Both the position numbers and the translations under genes were made by a program. 64,000 nucleotides of DNA from NCBI GenBank assembly GCA_044892525.1, contig CM097885.1, forward strand, positions 127,968,001-128,032,000, given 5' to 3'. The notes beneath the pieces are model-generated. The model saw nothing but the letters and a program-made list of their open reading frames with translations. It was not told where the DNA came from and searched no databases. The stretch is from Schmidtea polychroa. Taxonomy: Eukaryota. Below are positions 1 through 12,094 of the stretch, piece after piece (position 1 is the stretch's first letter; each line of letters opens with the position of its first letter).

Positions 1-400
1 AGTACTAACTAATTCGTCACTTTCTAGTGTACGTTTATTGTTTTTTATTGTACCAGCTTTCAACCACTGATCTATATTTAATCCTAAATTCATTTAGAAA
101 TTAATTTAAGTTTGAAATTAAAATAATGTTAAAACTTACCGATTGAAAATAAAGTTGTTATTAATTAGTAATATTAATACTGTAATAAGAATTGTGTAAT
201 CGCAAAAACGAGTATTAAATTTGTCACACAACCCGTTGTAATGTAATGCTGCAATTCCGAGGGGCACACATAACTTTGAACAATATTTTGTGTATAAGTA
301 GTGAGCGCTAAAACAATTTTTTGTCCAATATTTGCCACCGATTTGAAATTAAATTGAGGCGGGAGTTATATTTTTAACATCAGCCATTACTAATATATTT

Positions 401-445
401 TCGCGTACCCCCAGGGGTACGCGTACCACGGGTTGGGAATCGCTG
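401..445. mobile_element. Right end of a hAT-type MITE (left end not found)
   Basis: GGGGTACGCGTACCACGGGTTGGGAATCGCTG resembles the right end of the 26678-27110 MITE. It is followed by GTCTACAG, which fits an nnnTAnnn 8-bp target. Confidence 0.45.
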
Positions 446-1373
446 GTCTACAGCATATGCATCATTAGGATCAATAATAAACAATGACATAACATCAGGA
501 CCAAGTCAATAAACATAATCAATCAAACATATGTGCATTCACATATATTAATTTTAGGAGTTAACATGACATGATTTAGGGGATTGTGAAATCAAATATC
601 TCAATACAAAAACATCAGAGCATTACACTGTAAAATAAATTTTGATGTAGCTGATTTTGAAAAATTTTAAATAATTATCCAGTTGATAATATTAAAATAA
701 TAAAATAAAATATTTAAATCAAGCTCAATAAATTTTACTTAGTCCTTTTCCTCACACATGGCCTTACAATATCGTGTTGAATATTATCCTTCTCCTTTTA
801 CAGTCAATGGAGGGTCATTTTTATTGAAAATTGAATAGTTCAATTTTTGCAGCTCTAAACTTTTTTTAAGAACTTTGTAATGCAGCATGTTTTTATGTTA
901 CACGAAATGTCTAAGCAATATCTTTAAAAATATAAAAATTATTCATGATCATAAATGTTTAAAAAAATTTTAAAAAGAAAATTATTGAAAAATATGCTAA
1001 TTGTTTCTTATTAATAAAAAATTTCATTTTTATATTAAAATTCACGATTATTATAACTATATTAAAAAATTTTTATTATTAACACTATTTATAAAATGTT
1101 TATAATATTAAGTAATAAGTCATTTAATAAAAATTATATTTAATTATGATATTAATGAATCTATTGTTTTGTATAACTTATTTCCCTCAAGTTATCTTTA
1201 ATAAAAATTGTCGATGTGAAACCAAATTCAAGTACAAAGTCCCCGAAATCAATCAAATATTTCGAATAATCTATTTCACCGTGTACCTATGACATGTATC
1301 AACTCAAATAAAAAAGTAAACAGCTAAAAACGAAGTAGTTTAGCACAATATTTTTAAATATTTTATATGAAAA

Positions 1374-1920
1374 TCTAATATATAAAGATGAAAGTTTGTG
1401 TGTTTGTTTGTTTTCCATAGAATTCCCCACCGTTGGACCTAGGATGCTGAAACTTTGCATGTGGCCCTCATTTGACTCAGAACAGGTCATGGGCTATGTT
1501 TCACTCCCAGGTGACCACCCCTAGGGTACTCTTAGTCGGTTTTTTGTCTGTCCGGTCAGCAATTTACCATATAAATAATAATTTATTATATGCTTGCTAC
1601 TTGCAGTTGAAAGTAATATAATTTAGTCAAAAGTTTTCAAAGCAGAATTCAAACATGGAGAGTTTGAATTTTATTTGATTGTTGAACTAGTTTGCTATTG
1701 GAAAAATATTGCCAGTTATTTTTCAATTTAAATTGGAGTGCGTTTTCGATTTTACAAATTGAAATTTATTTTGAAAGCTTTTCTTATTGTCAATTAAACA
1801 TGGAATTGAAGCTGTTATAAAATTAATACTGGAACGTAATAACATCATCAAACAAAAAATGAATTTAAATGAATTATTATAATAAATGTAAACTCGGGCG
1901 AAGCCGGATACAACAGCTAG
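1374..1920 (+). mobile_element. Non-autonomous Helitron (DINE-1-like)
   Basis: Lies between A1373 and T1921. Starts TCTAATATATAAAGATGAAAGTTTGTGTGTTTGTTTG and ends CGGGCGAAGCCGGATACAACAGCTAG (GC-rich hairpin-like stretch plus CTAG). No TSD. Confidence 0.7.
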
Positions 1921-2269
1921 TTAATATACAATAATCTTAGTATAACATGAAAAAATATTTTATCAATTTCAATTCATTTAATAAAACAAAAAATGTATGA
2001 ATTTGATTTCAGTTTTGTTCGAGAACAAAATGATAAACCTGAAATACATCAAATTCAAAATTTTAAAAAAAATATCTTTTGATATTCACTCAAAAAATAA
2101 ACAACTTCAATTATAATTAAAAGATAATGTAATAAATGCTATTTTAATTTATTAAAATCAAATTTATATTTTTATAAATTAGAAAACGTCTTTTAACTGT
2201 CGAGAGTTTGTCATTAAAATCTAAATTTTAATATAAATAATTTGTTTATTAATTTTTTCATTTAATTAT

Positions 2270-2422
2270 AGTTAGATATCTTGTTGTTTTAATAATTAGG
2301 AATTTGCGGTTTTTGTGAATTAATTAAAACTTGTTATTTATATATTCTTTGATTAAATATATATTGTTAGTTTCAAGATTTTTGCTGCAAATTTAAAGAT
2401 GGATCTAAAGATGGATTTAACT
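2270..2422 (+). repeat. 5' LTR (153 bp), termini AGTTA...TAACT
   Basis: Differs from the 3' LTR by one substitution and by having 2 rather than 3 copies of the 12-bp unit AAAGATGGAT(C/T)T. Confidence 0.95.
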
Positions 2423-3689
2423 GGCGACCACGCCGAAAATCAAAATATCAACGCCATTTCGAAATCGACAAAATCGCTAATGGAATGCCTACCGAAATCA
2501 TGCCAAGACATGCTCACACTGAACATCAGACGATATGTTGGACGAGGTTTAAAAGAAGCCGAAGAATGGATCAGAGATATGGAAGAATGGTTGCTGACAA
2601 ATGGACAGCGATTGACAAGCACTTTCGATGTGTTATTAGTGGCAGAAGCAAAGACATTGTAGGGAAACGTCAGAGAAACAGAAACAACAGATGTAAAAGC
2701 CAAAACGTGGTTCTTAAATACGTTCACAATTACAAAATCTATAACTGACAAAATCAGAGAATTGGCAGCTATGGAACAGGAAGATGATGAAAGGTTTGCA
2801 GCTTTTGAGATACGGCTAAGAAAAGCTTTAGCTGAAGTTATAAATTCAGGACGATCAGAAGAAGATATTGTTCAAGACCTCATCACAAATAAAGTACGCG
2901 ATGCGAGACTGCGGGAGATACTATTGACGAAACCAGAAACAAAAATTGAAGAAACGAGATCATTGGCGAAAATTTTTGAAAGTAACAAAAATGGAAACCA
3001 TAAAATAGAATTTGTTAAAGCAATCGGTCAAAGAACATACGCTAGCGTGACTGAGGGAGGGCAGAGGAGAATTCAACAGAATACCCAAAATCCCATGCCT
3101 ACATCACCACAAAGAAGGCAATCAGAAGACTGATTTAGTCACCACAGATCAAGAAGAGACGAATATCCTATACGCGGACCAATACAATATGAAGAAATAA
3201 CCATGGTCGTCGAGAACAATTCTTGAGAAATGCGAGAATCCCGAATAGCTCAGAAAGGAAGCTGCCAACAATATCCATGAAGAATATAGCAAGGAGGCTG
3301 TACAACGAAAGTAGAGGACTACCACAAGCATCGGTCCCAAAATTAACGGTAGGTGATTGTTTTTGCTGTGGCGAAAAGGGACACAGAAGGTATGAGTGTC
3401 CACTGGGAAATAAATGCCTGATATGTGGCAAGGAAGGTCACGGTTTCCGAGATTGTTTTTCGTTACGGAAAGAGGTTCCACACCTATATCAAAGGATAGC
3501 GTGCATAGAAGAGAAGATTCAAAATCTGAAAGAAGAGATTACACCGAGAACAGCCAGGATTTCAGAACTGCTCACAGTGACATGGAAGATAGATACAATG
3601 TCCCTGAAAAATATACTATATTGAGAGAAGACGGAAAAAACAACAGCGACTCCATGGGTTTCGTTTCGTCGGTGGAGTCAAGACAATAA
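2399..3689 (+). pseudogene. gag: Gag (capsid plus two CX2CX4HX4C zinc knuckles), disrupted
   Basis: ORFs 2399-2662 and 2762-3133 share a frame, separated by in-frame TAG 2660 and followed by TGA 3131. A frameshift near 3190-3220 leads into the frame carrying CFCCGEKGHRRYEC and CLICGKEGHGFRDC. The C-terminal frame is ambiguous. Confidence 0.85.
2422..2432 (+). promoter_or_regulatory. Primer-binding site, probably tRNA-Arg
   Basis: TGGCGACCACG overlaps the last LTR base. It is complementary to the 3' end (CGTGGTCG-CCA) of animal tRNA-Arg(TCG) as recalled, not searched. Confidence 0.75.
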
Positions 3690-6600
3690 AATGTGAAATA
3701 AGAAATGAACGACGAAGAGGCGAGGCAGAAGAAGAGATGTACCAGACGAAAGATGGAAGAAATTGGAGTAAAATAATGTTGAATAATGCCGAAACAGAGA
3801 TGTTATGGGATTCTGGAGCATCAGTAACAGTCATGAGCAAGAGTTTGTGGGAGAAAATAGGCAAACCAGAACTTAAACGTAGTATGATATTATTGTGCGG
3901 AGTTTTTTCAACTGGAGGTGAAGAAGTAATGGGTAACATGACTATACCGGCCACATGGAATCAGAAAACCAAAATAATCACAGTAGTAGTGGTAAAAGAG
4001 ATCAAACCCGAATTCATAGGGGGCATTGATACAATGAAAGAGTTTGGAGTAAAGTTAGTGAAAATCAATAATATAGAAACGTCATTGATAAACAAAATTT
4101 ACACTGATGAAGAAAGAATAAATAAAGCACTAGTGGCGATGGCAGGTGACAATAATAAAGATATTGAAGGAATGATCAGGAAATACGGCGGAATTTTTAT
4201 GGCATCGAAATTCGATCTGGGATTTACAAACTTAGTTCGACATGAGATGCGGATAACAGGAGGCCCAATAATGCAACATCCTCGACGTCAACCAATGCAC
4301 ATGGAGAAAAAGATTGAAGAACTGATAAAAGAGTTAATGAAAGCAAATGTTATTCGATGTTGCAAGAGTCCTTGGAATGCCCCGTTAGTTATAGTAGGGA
4401 AGAAAGATGGATCTATCAGGATGTGTGTAGATTATCGTGGATTAAATTCCATAACAGAAAAAGAGTCATTTCCTATGCCTAACACCAAATTCTTACTAGA
4501 CTGTCTCGCGAATGCAAAAGTATTTTCGTCAATCGATTTAGGTCAGGCGTATTATCAAGTGGAGTTGGCTCCAGAAATTCAAGAAATGACTGCATTCAGT
4601 ACAAGAGAAGGACAATTTTGCTTCAATAGACTACCGTTTGGCTTAGCAACAGCTCCTGCGACATTCCAGAGACTGATGCACACAGTGCTAGAAGGAATGC
4701 TATTCAAGGGAGTAGTAGTTTATCTAGATGATATCTTGATATATGGTAAAAGTCAAAAAGACCACGATGAGCTATTAAGGGAAATATTCAGAAGAATTAA
4801 ATTGGCAGGACTGAAGATAAATCCAGAAAAATGCAAATTCAATAAAACAGAATTGTGTTTCCTTGGTCACACAATTAACGAGAAGGGTATCCAGACAAAC
4901 AGAAAGAAAGTGGAAGAGATCGAGAAAGCAGAAGTACCAAAATGTTCAAAACAATTGAGATCGTTTCTCGGATTAACGAACTACTATAGAAAATTCATCA
5001 AAGACTATGCCAAAATCGCCGAACCATTATACGCTGCAACATCTGGATGCGATAAAGATATAAATTGGACTAAAGAATGCAATGAGAGCTTCCAATCTCT
5101 GAAGAGACGGTTGTGCGAAGCACCTATCCTTGATTTTCCAAGAGAAGATAGGACTTTTATCCTAGACACAGACGTTAGTTTCGGAGCCATTGGTGCAGTT
5201 TTGAGTCAAATTACAGAAGATGGAGAAGAATCTGTCATAGCTTATGGCTCGAGACATATGTCATCACATGAAAAGGGATACTGTGTAACCAGGAAAGAAC
5301 TGCTCGCCGTACATGAATACGTCATGCATTTTAGAGAATATCTGTACGGAAAAAAATTCATAATTCGCACCGACCACAAGGCATTGGTTTTCATGAACAC
5401 TACAAAAACGCCAATCAGTCCGCAATTCCAAACATGGTTAGCTAACCTGTCGGAATATGATTTTGAACTAAAATATCGGAAAGGCGAAGAACACTCAAAT
5501 GCAGATGGACTATCAAGATTAAAAAGTATGGTTTGCACCCAGTGTCAAACAAGACATGAAGAAGCTAAGGAAGGAAAATCAAAGATTAGATATATATATA
5601 CTATCCAAAGAACAGAAGCTATGGAAAAAGTATGGGAACAACAACAAAAGGACATTCGGTTTCGAGAGCTGCGAGAGATATTGGAAAATGGATGTACTCG
5701 GGAAAAAAAGAATTGTTTTCCTTTTAACGTAAAAAATACACAAATTGATGGAGGATTAATAACAGTAGAAAAGAACAAAAATATCTTAATGTTAGTCCCA
5801 GAAACATTTGCAGGCCTGTTAACAACAACGCTACATGAAGAACTATGTCACATTGGAGTTAAGAAATTATTTCATTATATGGAAAAGATATTTTATTGGC
5901 CGAAAATGCAAGAAACAATCCAACTCTGTTTACAATGTTGCGAGATCTGCGCTAAGAGAAAGATCGATCAGACAAGAACCAAGGAAACATTTATTCCTAG
6001 ATATAGCTCTGAATTCCTAGAACAGATTTTTATAGATGTGGCTTACATGGAAATAAACGCCAAAAAAAATATATGTTAGTAATGGTGGACCGTTTTAGCA
6101 AACTGATTTCTTTAACTGCAATCACAAAGCAAGACGAAGGGACCATTTTCAAAACAATACTTAATAGTTGGATCTATCGATTTGGAAAACCGAAGAGTAT
6201 TTTAACAGATAGAGGCCGAAATTTCGAAGGGAATTTCCTAAGACAGAAGCTACAGAAACTTGGAATCAAACAGGAATTCAGCTCACCTTATCAGCACCAA
6301 TCAAATGGTTTAGCCGAAAGAGCCATACGAACGATAAGAGATCTTATTACAGCAACATTGGCAGGCGGATGTGAAGAGAGAAACTGGCACGAACTTCTAC
6401 CCAGAATAGAGTTCACTATAAATAGCAGTCGACAAAGTGCTACAGGTTTATCACCATTTGAGATAATTTATGGACGGAGTCTTAACCTACACTCTAACCT
6501 GAAACAAGGCGAGATATCAAGAAGCGAAAGAATCAAAGACGTGAGATTTAACTCGAGTAAAGCCGCAGACACCAACAGAGGTATGGATAAGACAAAGAGG

Positions 6601-6795
6601 GACACTCGTGTTTTCGAGGTAGGAGAGGAGATACTCGTACGTAAAGAGCCGCAGAACAGGCACAAGGATGGTATGCAATACGATGGCCCATATAAAATCG
6701 CCAGATTTCTATCACCTCATCGAGTCGAACTACATTCACAAGAAGGAACGAAAGAAAGAAGAATCGAGTGGCTGAAGAAGTGGGAAAAGTCTTAA
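3608..6795 (+). pseudogene. pol: Pol polyprotein (protease, RT, RNase H, integrase) with one frameshift
   Basis: Frame open from 3608. Motifs: protease LWDSGAS, RT YLDD, RNase H ILDTDVS/ELLAV/TDHKAL/NADGLSR, integrase H-H-C-C plus FIDVAY, ILTDRG and NGLAERAI. An apparent extra A in the A8 run at 6062-6069 splits the integrase. Confidence 0.95.
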
Positions 6796-6804
6796 GAAGG
6801 GGAG
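6794..6804 (+). promoter_or_regulatory. Polypurine tract
   Basis: AAGAAGGGGAG lies immediately before the 3' LTR and overlaps the integrase stop codon. Confidence 0.9.
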
Positions 6805-6969
6805 AGTTAGATATCTTGTTGTTTTAATAATTAGGAATTTGCGGTTTTTGTGAATTAATTAAAACTTGTTATTTATAAATTCTTTGATTAAATATATATT
6901 GTTAGTTTCAAGATTTTTGCTGCAAATTTAAAGATGGATCTAAAGATGGATCTAAAGATGGATTTAACT
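6805..6969 (+). repeat. 3' LTR (165 bp)
   Basis: Direct repeat of 2270-2422 with one extra 12-bp unit. Confidence 0.95.
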
Positions 6970-7273
6970 ATTATATTTTGATAATTAAGTTTTTAATTAT
7001 AATTTAATTTTTATTTTAAATTAGCCAATAACGACTGGCTATTAACTTTAAGTTTTGCCCCGGCACCAAAGTTCATGAATAATGTCTTTATCTTAAAATT
7101 TTTCTGGTGAAGAAAATTTGAGAAATAATATGTATTTATCAAATGTCCAATTTTCTTATGTTGAAATTGCCGAAACTGTTTGATGCAAAATAGTAAGGAT
7201 AAATTGCGATTCTCAACAAAAGATAATGTAAATAAAATGATTTTTTATTTATTAAGATTTTCATATCTTTTAA

Positions 7274-9949
7274 CCCTTTCGCGGACACATGAAATTTAGA
7301 AAGTGATTCAAATAATTATTTGGGTTTTAATGCAGATATTTAAATTCGGATTTCAGTTTTGGGTTTGTGGTTTATTTAATATTGCATTTTTACTAAAAAC
7401 AAAATAAATATAATATGTCGAGACACACCGACGCGTCATATTTGGAGATTTTGTTTTGGTATAGGGACACGTCGGATATGCTCGACGTCGAACATTGCCA
7501 ACATGTCATATTTCATGCAAAATGACATTACCATGGGACATGTTGTCATTAACCGACAGATGAATTTTTTATGAAATAGGTATCTCTAAATGCTTAAATA
7601 CAATAAAATATATTATGTTAGAGTATTCAGTTTCATAGACAAATATTTATTTATTTCAAGATTTGAACAAAGTTCGATTTCACAGTCATTTCATTTGGTT
7701 TCTGTATTCATAAAACTAATGTTTATAAAATAAATAGGGTATGTATCTTCAAAAATACACCAATAATCTAAATAATGATATATAAATATATATGTATAAG
7801 ATTAGAAAAAAGGAATCTTCGAATACTTATTCTAGGATTGTTGTTCGTGCCAATTGGTAAAACAATTGCAAACATATAGTCCAGGTTTATCTTCGCAGCC
7901 AGAACATCGAACACTGGTTTCCTTACCAACGCCATTCTTGGAGCATTGAGGGCACCGAATATATTGTTTTTTGCACCCTTACGAGGGATGTTCTCCAAAG
8001 AATGAGCAATATGTATTGGAACTGTCGATTTACGTTTGCGACTAGGTTTTTCTGGGTGGAATTTTGATTTCGGCAAATCTATCATCGTATATATTAATTC
8101 TTGAAAAGTTAAAAATTCCATTTTCGACTTTTCCGAAAATCATTTTTTGTATAACAAGAATGAGTTATAAACTGCCAAATCTAGCACGTGGAAAATTACT
8201 TTTTTATACCACCGAATTGTCTTTCGAGGACTTGAATAATACGAAGTTATTTGATCGGCACGATCTACGCCACCCATAAATTCGTTATATCTGACAATTT
8301 CAAGTGGTTTTGACCTCTCTACGCCAAATCAGTTCTTTGTTGTAACCATCTGTGGACTGTATCCGGTGGTAATGCATAGGACATCTCTTTTGTCGTGCCA
8401 TTTTGATACATATACCTTTACTTGTCTTCTCCATATATGTTGACCCATTTTTAATTTCTTTTTTGTTACTTCATGTGATTTTCCTTTCCGTTTACTTCTT
8501 AACGTTCCAGTGGTGTGTGTATTCATCAGTATTAAATCATTAGACAAATTAATACTATTATACTAATTGTCTAAAAATAGGTGGTTCCCTTTTCCAAGGT
8601 ATAGTGTAACAAACCGATTGACGATTGCATCTATTTTTGAACCTTTAGATGGATCGAATTGCTTGCCTTTATAAACTTCAATATTTAGAACATAGCTATT
8701 CCAATCACAGAGTTCGAAGAACTTTATTCCAAATCGAGCTCTTTTCGATTTTATGTATTGACAAAAAACAAGTCTGCCTTTATGGAGCAACAACGATTCA
8801 TCTAACACAATTTGCTCAGAAGGTTTCAAAGCAGCTTGAAAACTCTGATATAGCAGTTTTATGAAATTTGATATTTTGGCCATATGTGACTCACCTTGCA
8901 CATGGTTAGCAGTGAGACATCTTAAGATTTGTTCAAATTTTCTGCCTGACATTGTCGCAGAAAATGCTGGGTGATAGTATAGAGCCGATTTTGAAAATAG
9001 CTGACGAATCTTTGGAACTCTAATTTGCCCTTGAAGAAGACACAATCCCAAAAAATTAACATTTCAGGACGATTGACAGGTGGAAATCTTATCATCCGTT
9101 TGAATCTGTGCCTCTCTGTTGGTTACATAATTCAAGTCCGTATTCATTCATACAGTGGATAAGTAATTCCATAATACTGTCATTAAAAAAGTTGATTGAA
9201 GACGTCAATCAGAGACGCTGTATCACTTATTTCGATTTGAATACCAGACGAACAAAATTCAAAATTAAAATTTGGTATTTCGCTAACTGTTTCATGCCAA
9301 TCCTTGTCAATAAAATCGCCAATTACATGCACAGTTTCATCAGCTTCTACATCGTTCGTTTCGAAATCAATATCGTCATTCGCTTGTCCATCGCTCTCAA
9401 CGCCATCACTTTTTTGTCACCATCCACATCGTCTTCACTTGATGATAAATTTTCACTGATGTAATCTGGATCATCATCGCCTTCAGTTTCATATGAATCC
9501 CTTTCTGACGAATCGCCAGTATCGCACTCATCAAACAATCTTCTTAGACGTTCTTGTTCTTTTTTGTAATCCATTCCTAAAAATCAATTTATTTCAGTGT
9601 CTAAATATTTAAAATCAAAACAAAACAAACAAAATAGAAAAATAAAACTTACTAAAAATTTTGTGTCCTCGCGCAACGACACTTTTTTCAGAACTACGGA
9701 AACACATGTAACCAGGTTGGCTATAGCCGACATAATGTTTTTGTACCACTCTCGCAAATTTAGATTATGGCTAAACATAAGTGTACAAAAAAATCTAATT
9801 GGGTCACTAACTCAAGTCTGATTGCTTCTGTAAGGGCACAAAATATGCTCCTACATATAAAACCAATGCAATCGCCGCTGGGTATGTCCGACGTGTTTAT
9901 GTATGATATTTTTTATATGTCGGCATATGCCGACGTGTCCACAAAGGGG
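7274..9949 (-). mobile_element. Full-length decayed piggyBac transposon
   Basis: TTAA on both sides (7270-7273, 9950-9953). 15-bp TIRs CCCTTTCGCGGACAC / CCCCTTTGTGGACAC (12/15 match). Subterminal repeats and an internal transposase. Confidence 0.93.
7832..9574 (-). pseudogene. piggyBac transposase with stops and frameshifts
   Basis: Acidic N-terminus; VLDESL, FGIKFF, FLDN*YNS, KWHDKRDV, KP..YNEFMGGVDRADQ..RKTIRWYKK; C-terminal Cys-rich domain RCPQC..RCSGC..CNCFTNWH in a shifted frame. In-frame stops at 8563 and 8329. Confidence 0.92.
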
Positions 9950-10067
9950 TTAACGATGTTCAATGGAAATGCGAGTTTCTAAGGAAATAGAACCCACTTT
10001 GGAAGTATTTATAATGTTGTTTTGTTGTGAAAGCTAAATGAAAAATGTAAATGAAAAATGTTAAATT

Positions 10068-11126
10068 TGTTGAGGTCTGTGAATAAAAATAAATTTAAAT
10101 GAAATTTAGGTTAATAATTTAAATAAAAAGTAAGGGAAAAAAGACAAATAAAAGCGAGATTATGCACAGAATTGATAGTAAAGGAAAGTACGATGGAAGC
10201 AGTATTAGGAAATGGCAAAAGCAGTTACGAAAGGCAAGAATCCGGAAATCCGAGAAAAAACAATAAATTGTAAAATCATCGAAATCGAATGGAGAAAACG
10301 GGACAGGTATAGATTAGCTAATGGTCAACAAGATGATGATTAGGGATTTATCAGAAAATAGTTGGGAAGGGTCGAAAAGCATTCAAATGTGTAAAAACAG
10401 AAAACATTAATTAATTAATTAATTGGCTAATAGAAAACCCGAGCTAATGGGAAACCCGAGCCAATGGAGAACCCGAGAGATGAAGGAAATCCGAGCTGGG
10501 TAAACAAAGAGAAAAGTAAATAAAAGGAAGATTTGGGCCCATTAGCGTGACACAATGATTAATTGGAAAAGAACAAGGAGAAGATAGTGCGTGCAGAAAG
10601 GCCGGACAGGCCGTTAATTATCTTTGTTCGTTGGACCATTATGGGTGACAGCCGAAGCAGATATGTGGAATTGAATATCAAGTGAGAAATTGGCTCGGCA
10701 ATAACCATTTGTCATCCAGATTTTGAAGAGTATATAAGGAATGGGAAAATCTGAGCAAATCGGCATTTTGACTCAGTTAGGGTAAGAAGAAACGAGAGTA
10801 GGCGAAAGGTAAAAACGAATTAAAAAGATTAGGGAAAAGAAGATATAGAATAGGAATATGAAAAAGTGAAAAAGGATCAAATCAAAGAGAAAAAAAGGAA
10901 AACGTTGGTCAAGAAAACCTAAGGAAATAAAAGGTGAATATTATCTTTTGTCAAAGCACCAACACCGAGCGGATAATCGGTCAAACTTAACTGTGATTAT
11001 TGATTGTTTATTGTTGAGAAAAGAATATATTTTTGTGATACAAATATACGTTGGGTAGTTCATTGTTTTGATTAAAAGGACACGAGGAGTCAGAGGTTAC
11101 CGACTTAAATTAACTAAAACCCAACA
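10068..11126 (+). mobile_element. Solo LTR (family A)
   Basis: Termini TGTTGAGG...AACCCAACA, 4-bp TSD AATT (10064-10067, 11127-11130), TATA-like TATATAA at 10731, and 17-bp repeats at 10434-10496. Confidence 0.85.
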
Positions 11127-11687
11127 AATTTGGTAATAATAAACTATTGGTATAATATTTGTATAATATTTTGTCATTCTTCATTTAAAATCATAAATTG
11201 AATATTTTGATTTTTAATTCAATAAATATTTTACAATAAAAAACTTAAAACATAAATTTTCAAATTATTGTCAAGTACTTTTATCTCAGGGATTTATTGA
11301 AACCTTACAATTTTATTCTTCTTAAAATTAATATTAATCTTAAACCGAATTTGTCAAATTATCTCGAAATTTTTATTTCAACTTTAAAATATTTTTACAT
11401 ATTTATTTCAATTTAACGTTTAATTTTTTATTTCCGTATCAAGAACGCAATTTATAACATGAACACTCAATATACATACCAAAACACCACAGTAAGTCAA
11501 AGATATAATAAGATACCCAAAATTCAGCGAACCAATAGGATAAGAGGATTTGGATTGTTTTTATAGAAATTAGAGCTTTTAATTACATGGCAGTTATCAG
11601 GCGGTTTGAAATCAATAATAGTCTATAACTTGCAAACATGTATTCGGCAGTGACAATTTGTTTAATAAGAAGTGCACTCAATCTTAT

Positions 11688-12094
11688 CAGTGCTTTTTTT
11701 TCTGACGGAACACTCCTAAACGGCGTTCCGGCACCTTTTTTTGCTGAATGATTTAAAAAAATTGACATGTTTTGGTTTTGTGTCATATTTCTATTTCTGA
11801 CATTTCAAAAAGTCAATTACAATCAAATTAAAAGTAATAGTCGTACGCCAAAGCGAGTGAATCATAACTTCGTGCTTCCTATGTGTTATTACTATTATAT
11901 AAAACACGCTCACACTAAATATACGCCATTAATATACTACGTCATTAAAATCGCTTCCTGTCATCGGCGTTGTAAATTCACATTGTAAAATAATCAATAT
12001 ATTTAAAATTTCTAAAAATTCAGCGTCATTTTTTTGCATATAAAGGATAGCACAGATACGTTCCGGCACCTTTTTCCCCAGGAAAAAAGCACTG
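11688..12094. mobile_element. hAT MITE
   Basis: TIR CAGTGCTTTTTT and a perfect 8-bp TSD AATCTTAT. Internal direct repeat CGTTCCGGCACCTTTTT. Confidence 0.88.

Larger units (their letters stand above)
2270..6969 (+). mobile_element. Full-length Ty3/gypsy LTR retrotransposon (4.7 kb, coding regions mutated, no env)
   Basis: Near-identical LTRs at 2270-2422 and 6805-6969. 5-bp TSD ATTAT (2265-2269, 6970-6974). PBS and PPT present. gag with two CCHC knuckles; pol in PR-RT-RH-IN order. Confidence 0.96.

Noticed and set aside
6073-6795. Separate third ORF (env-like)
   Set aside because: It is the integrase core and C-terminus, displaced by a 1-nt frameshift.
2270-6969. Apparent paradox of near-identical LTRs with several ORF lesions
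   Set aside because: One substitution in 153 bp implies of the order of ten changes over 4.4 kb, so a few stops and indels are expected. Homopolymer sequencing error may explain the A8 frameshift.
11460-11497. ATG plus a strong GTAAGT donor as the receptor's first exon
   Set aside because: It encodes MNTQYTYQNTT with no signal peptide and ends in phase 0, which is incompatible with the phase-1 acceptor at 14269.
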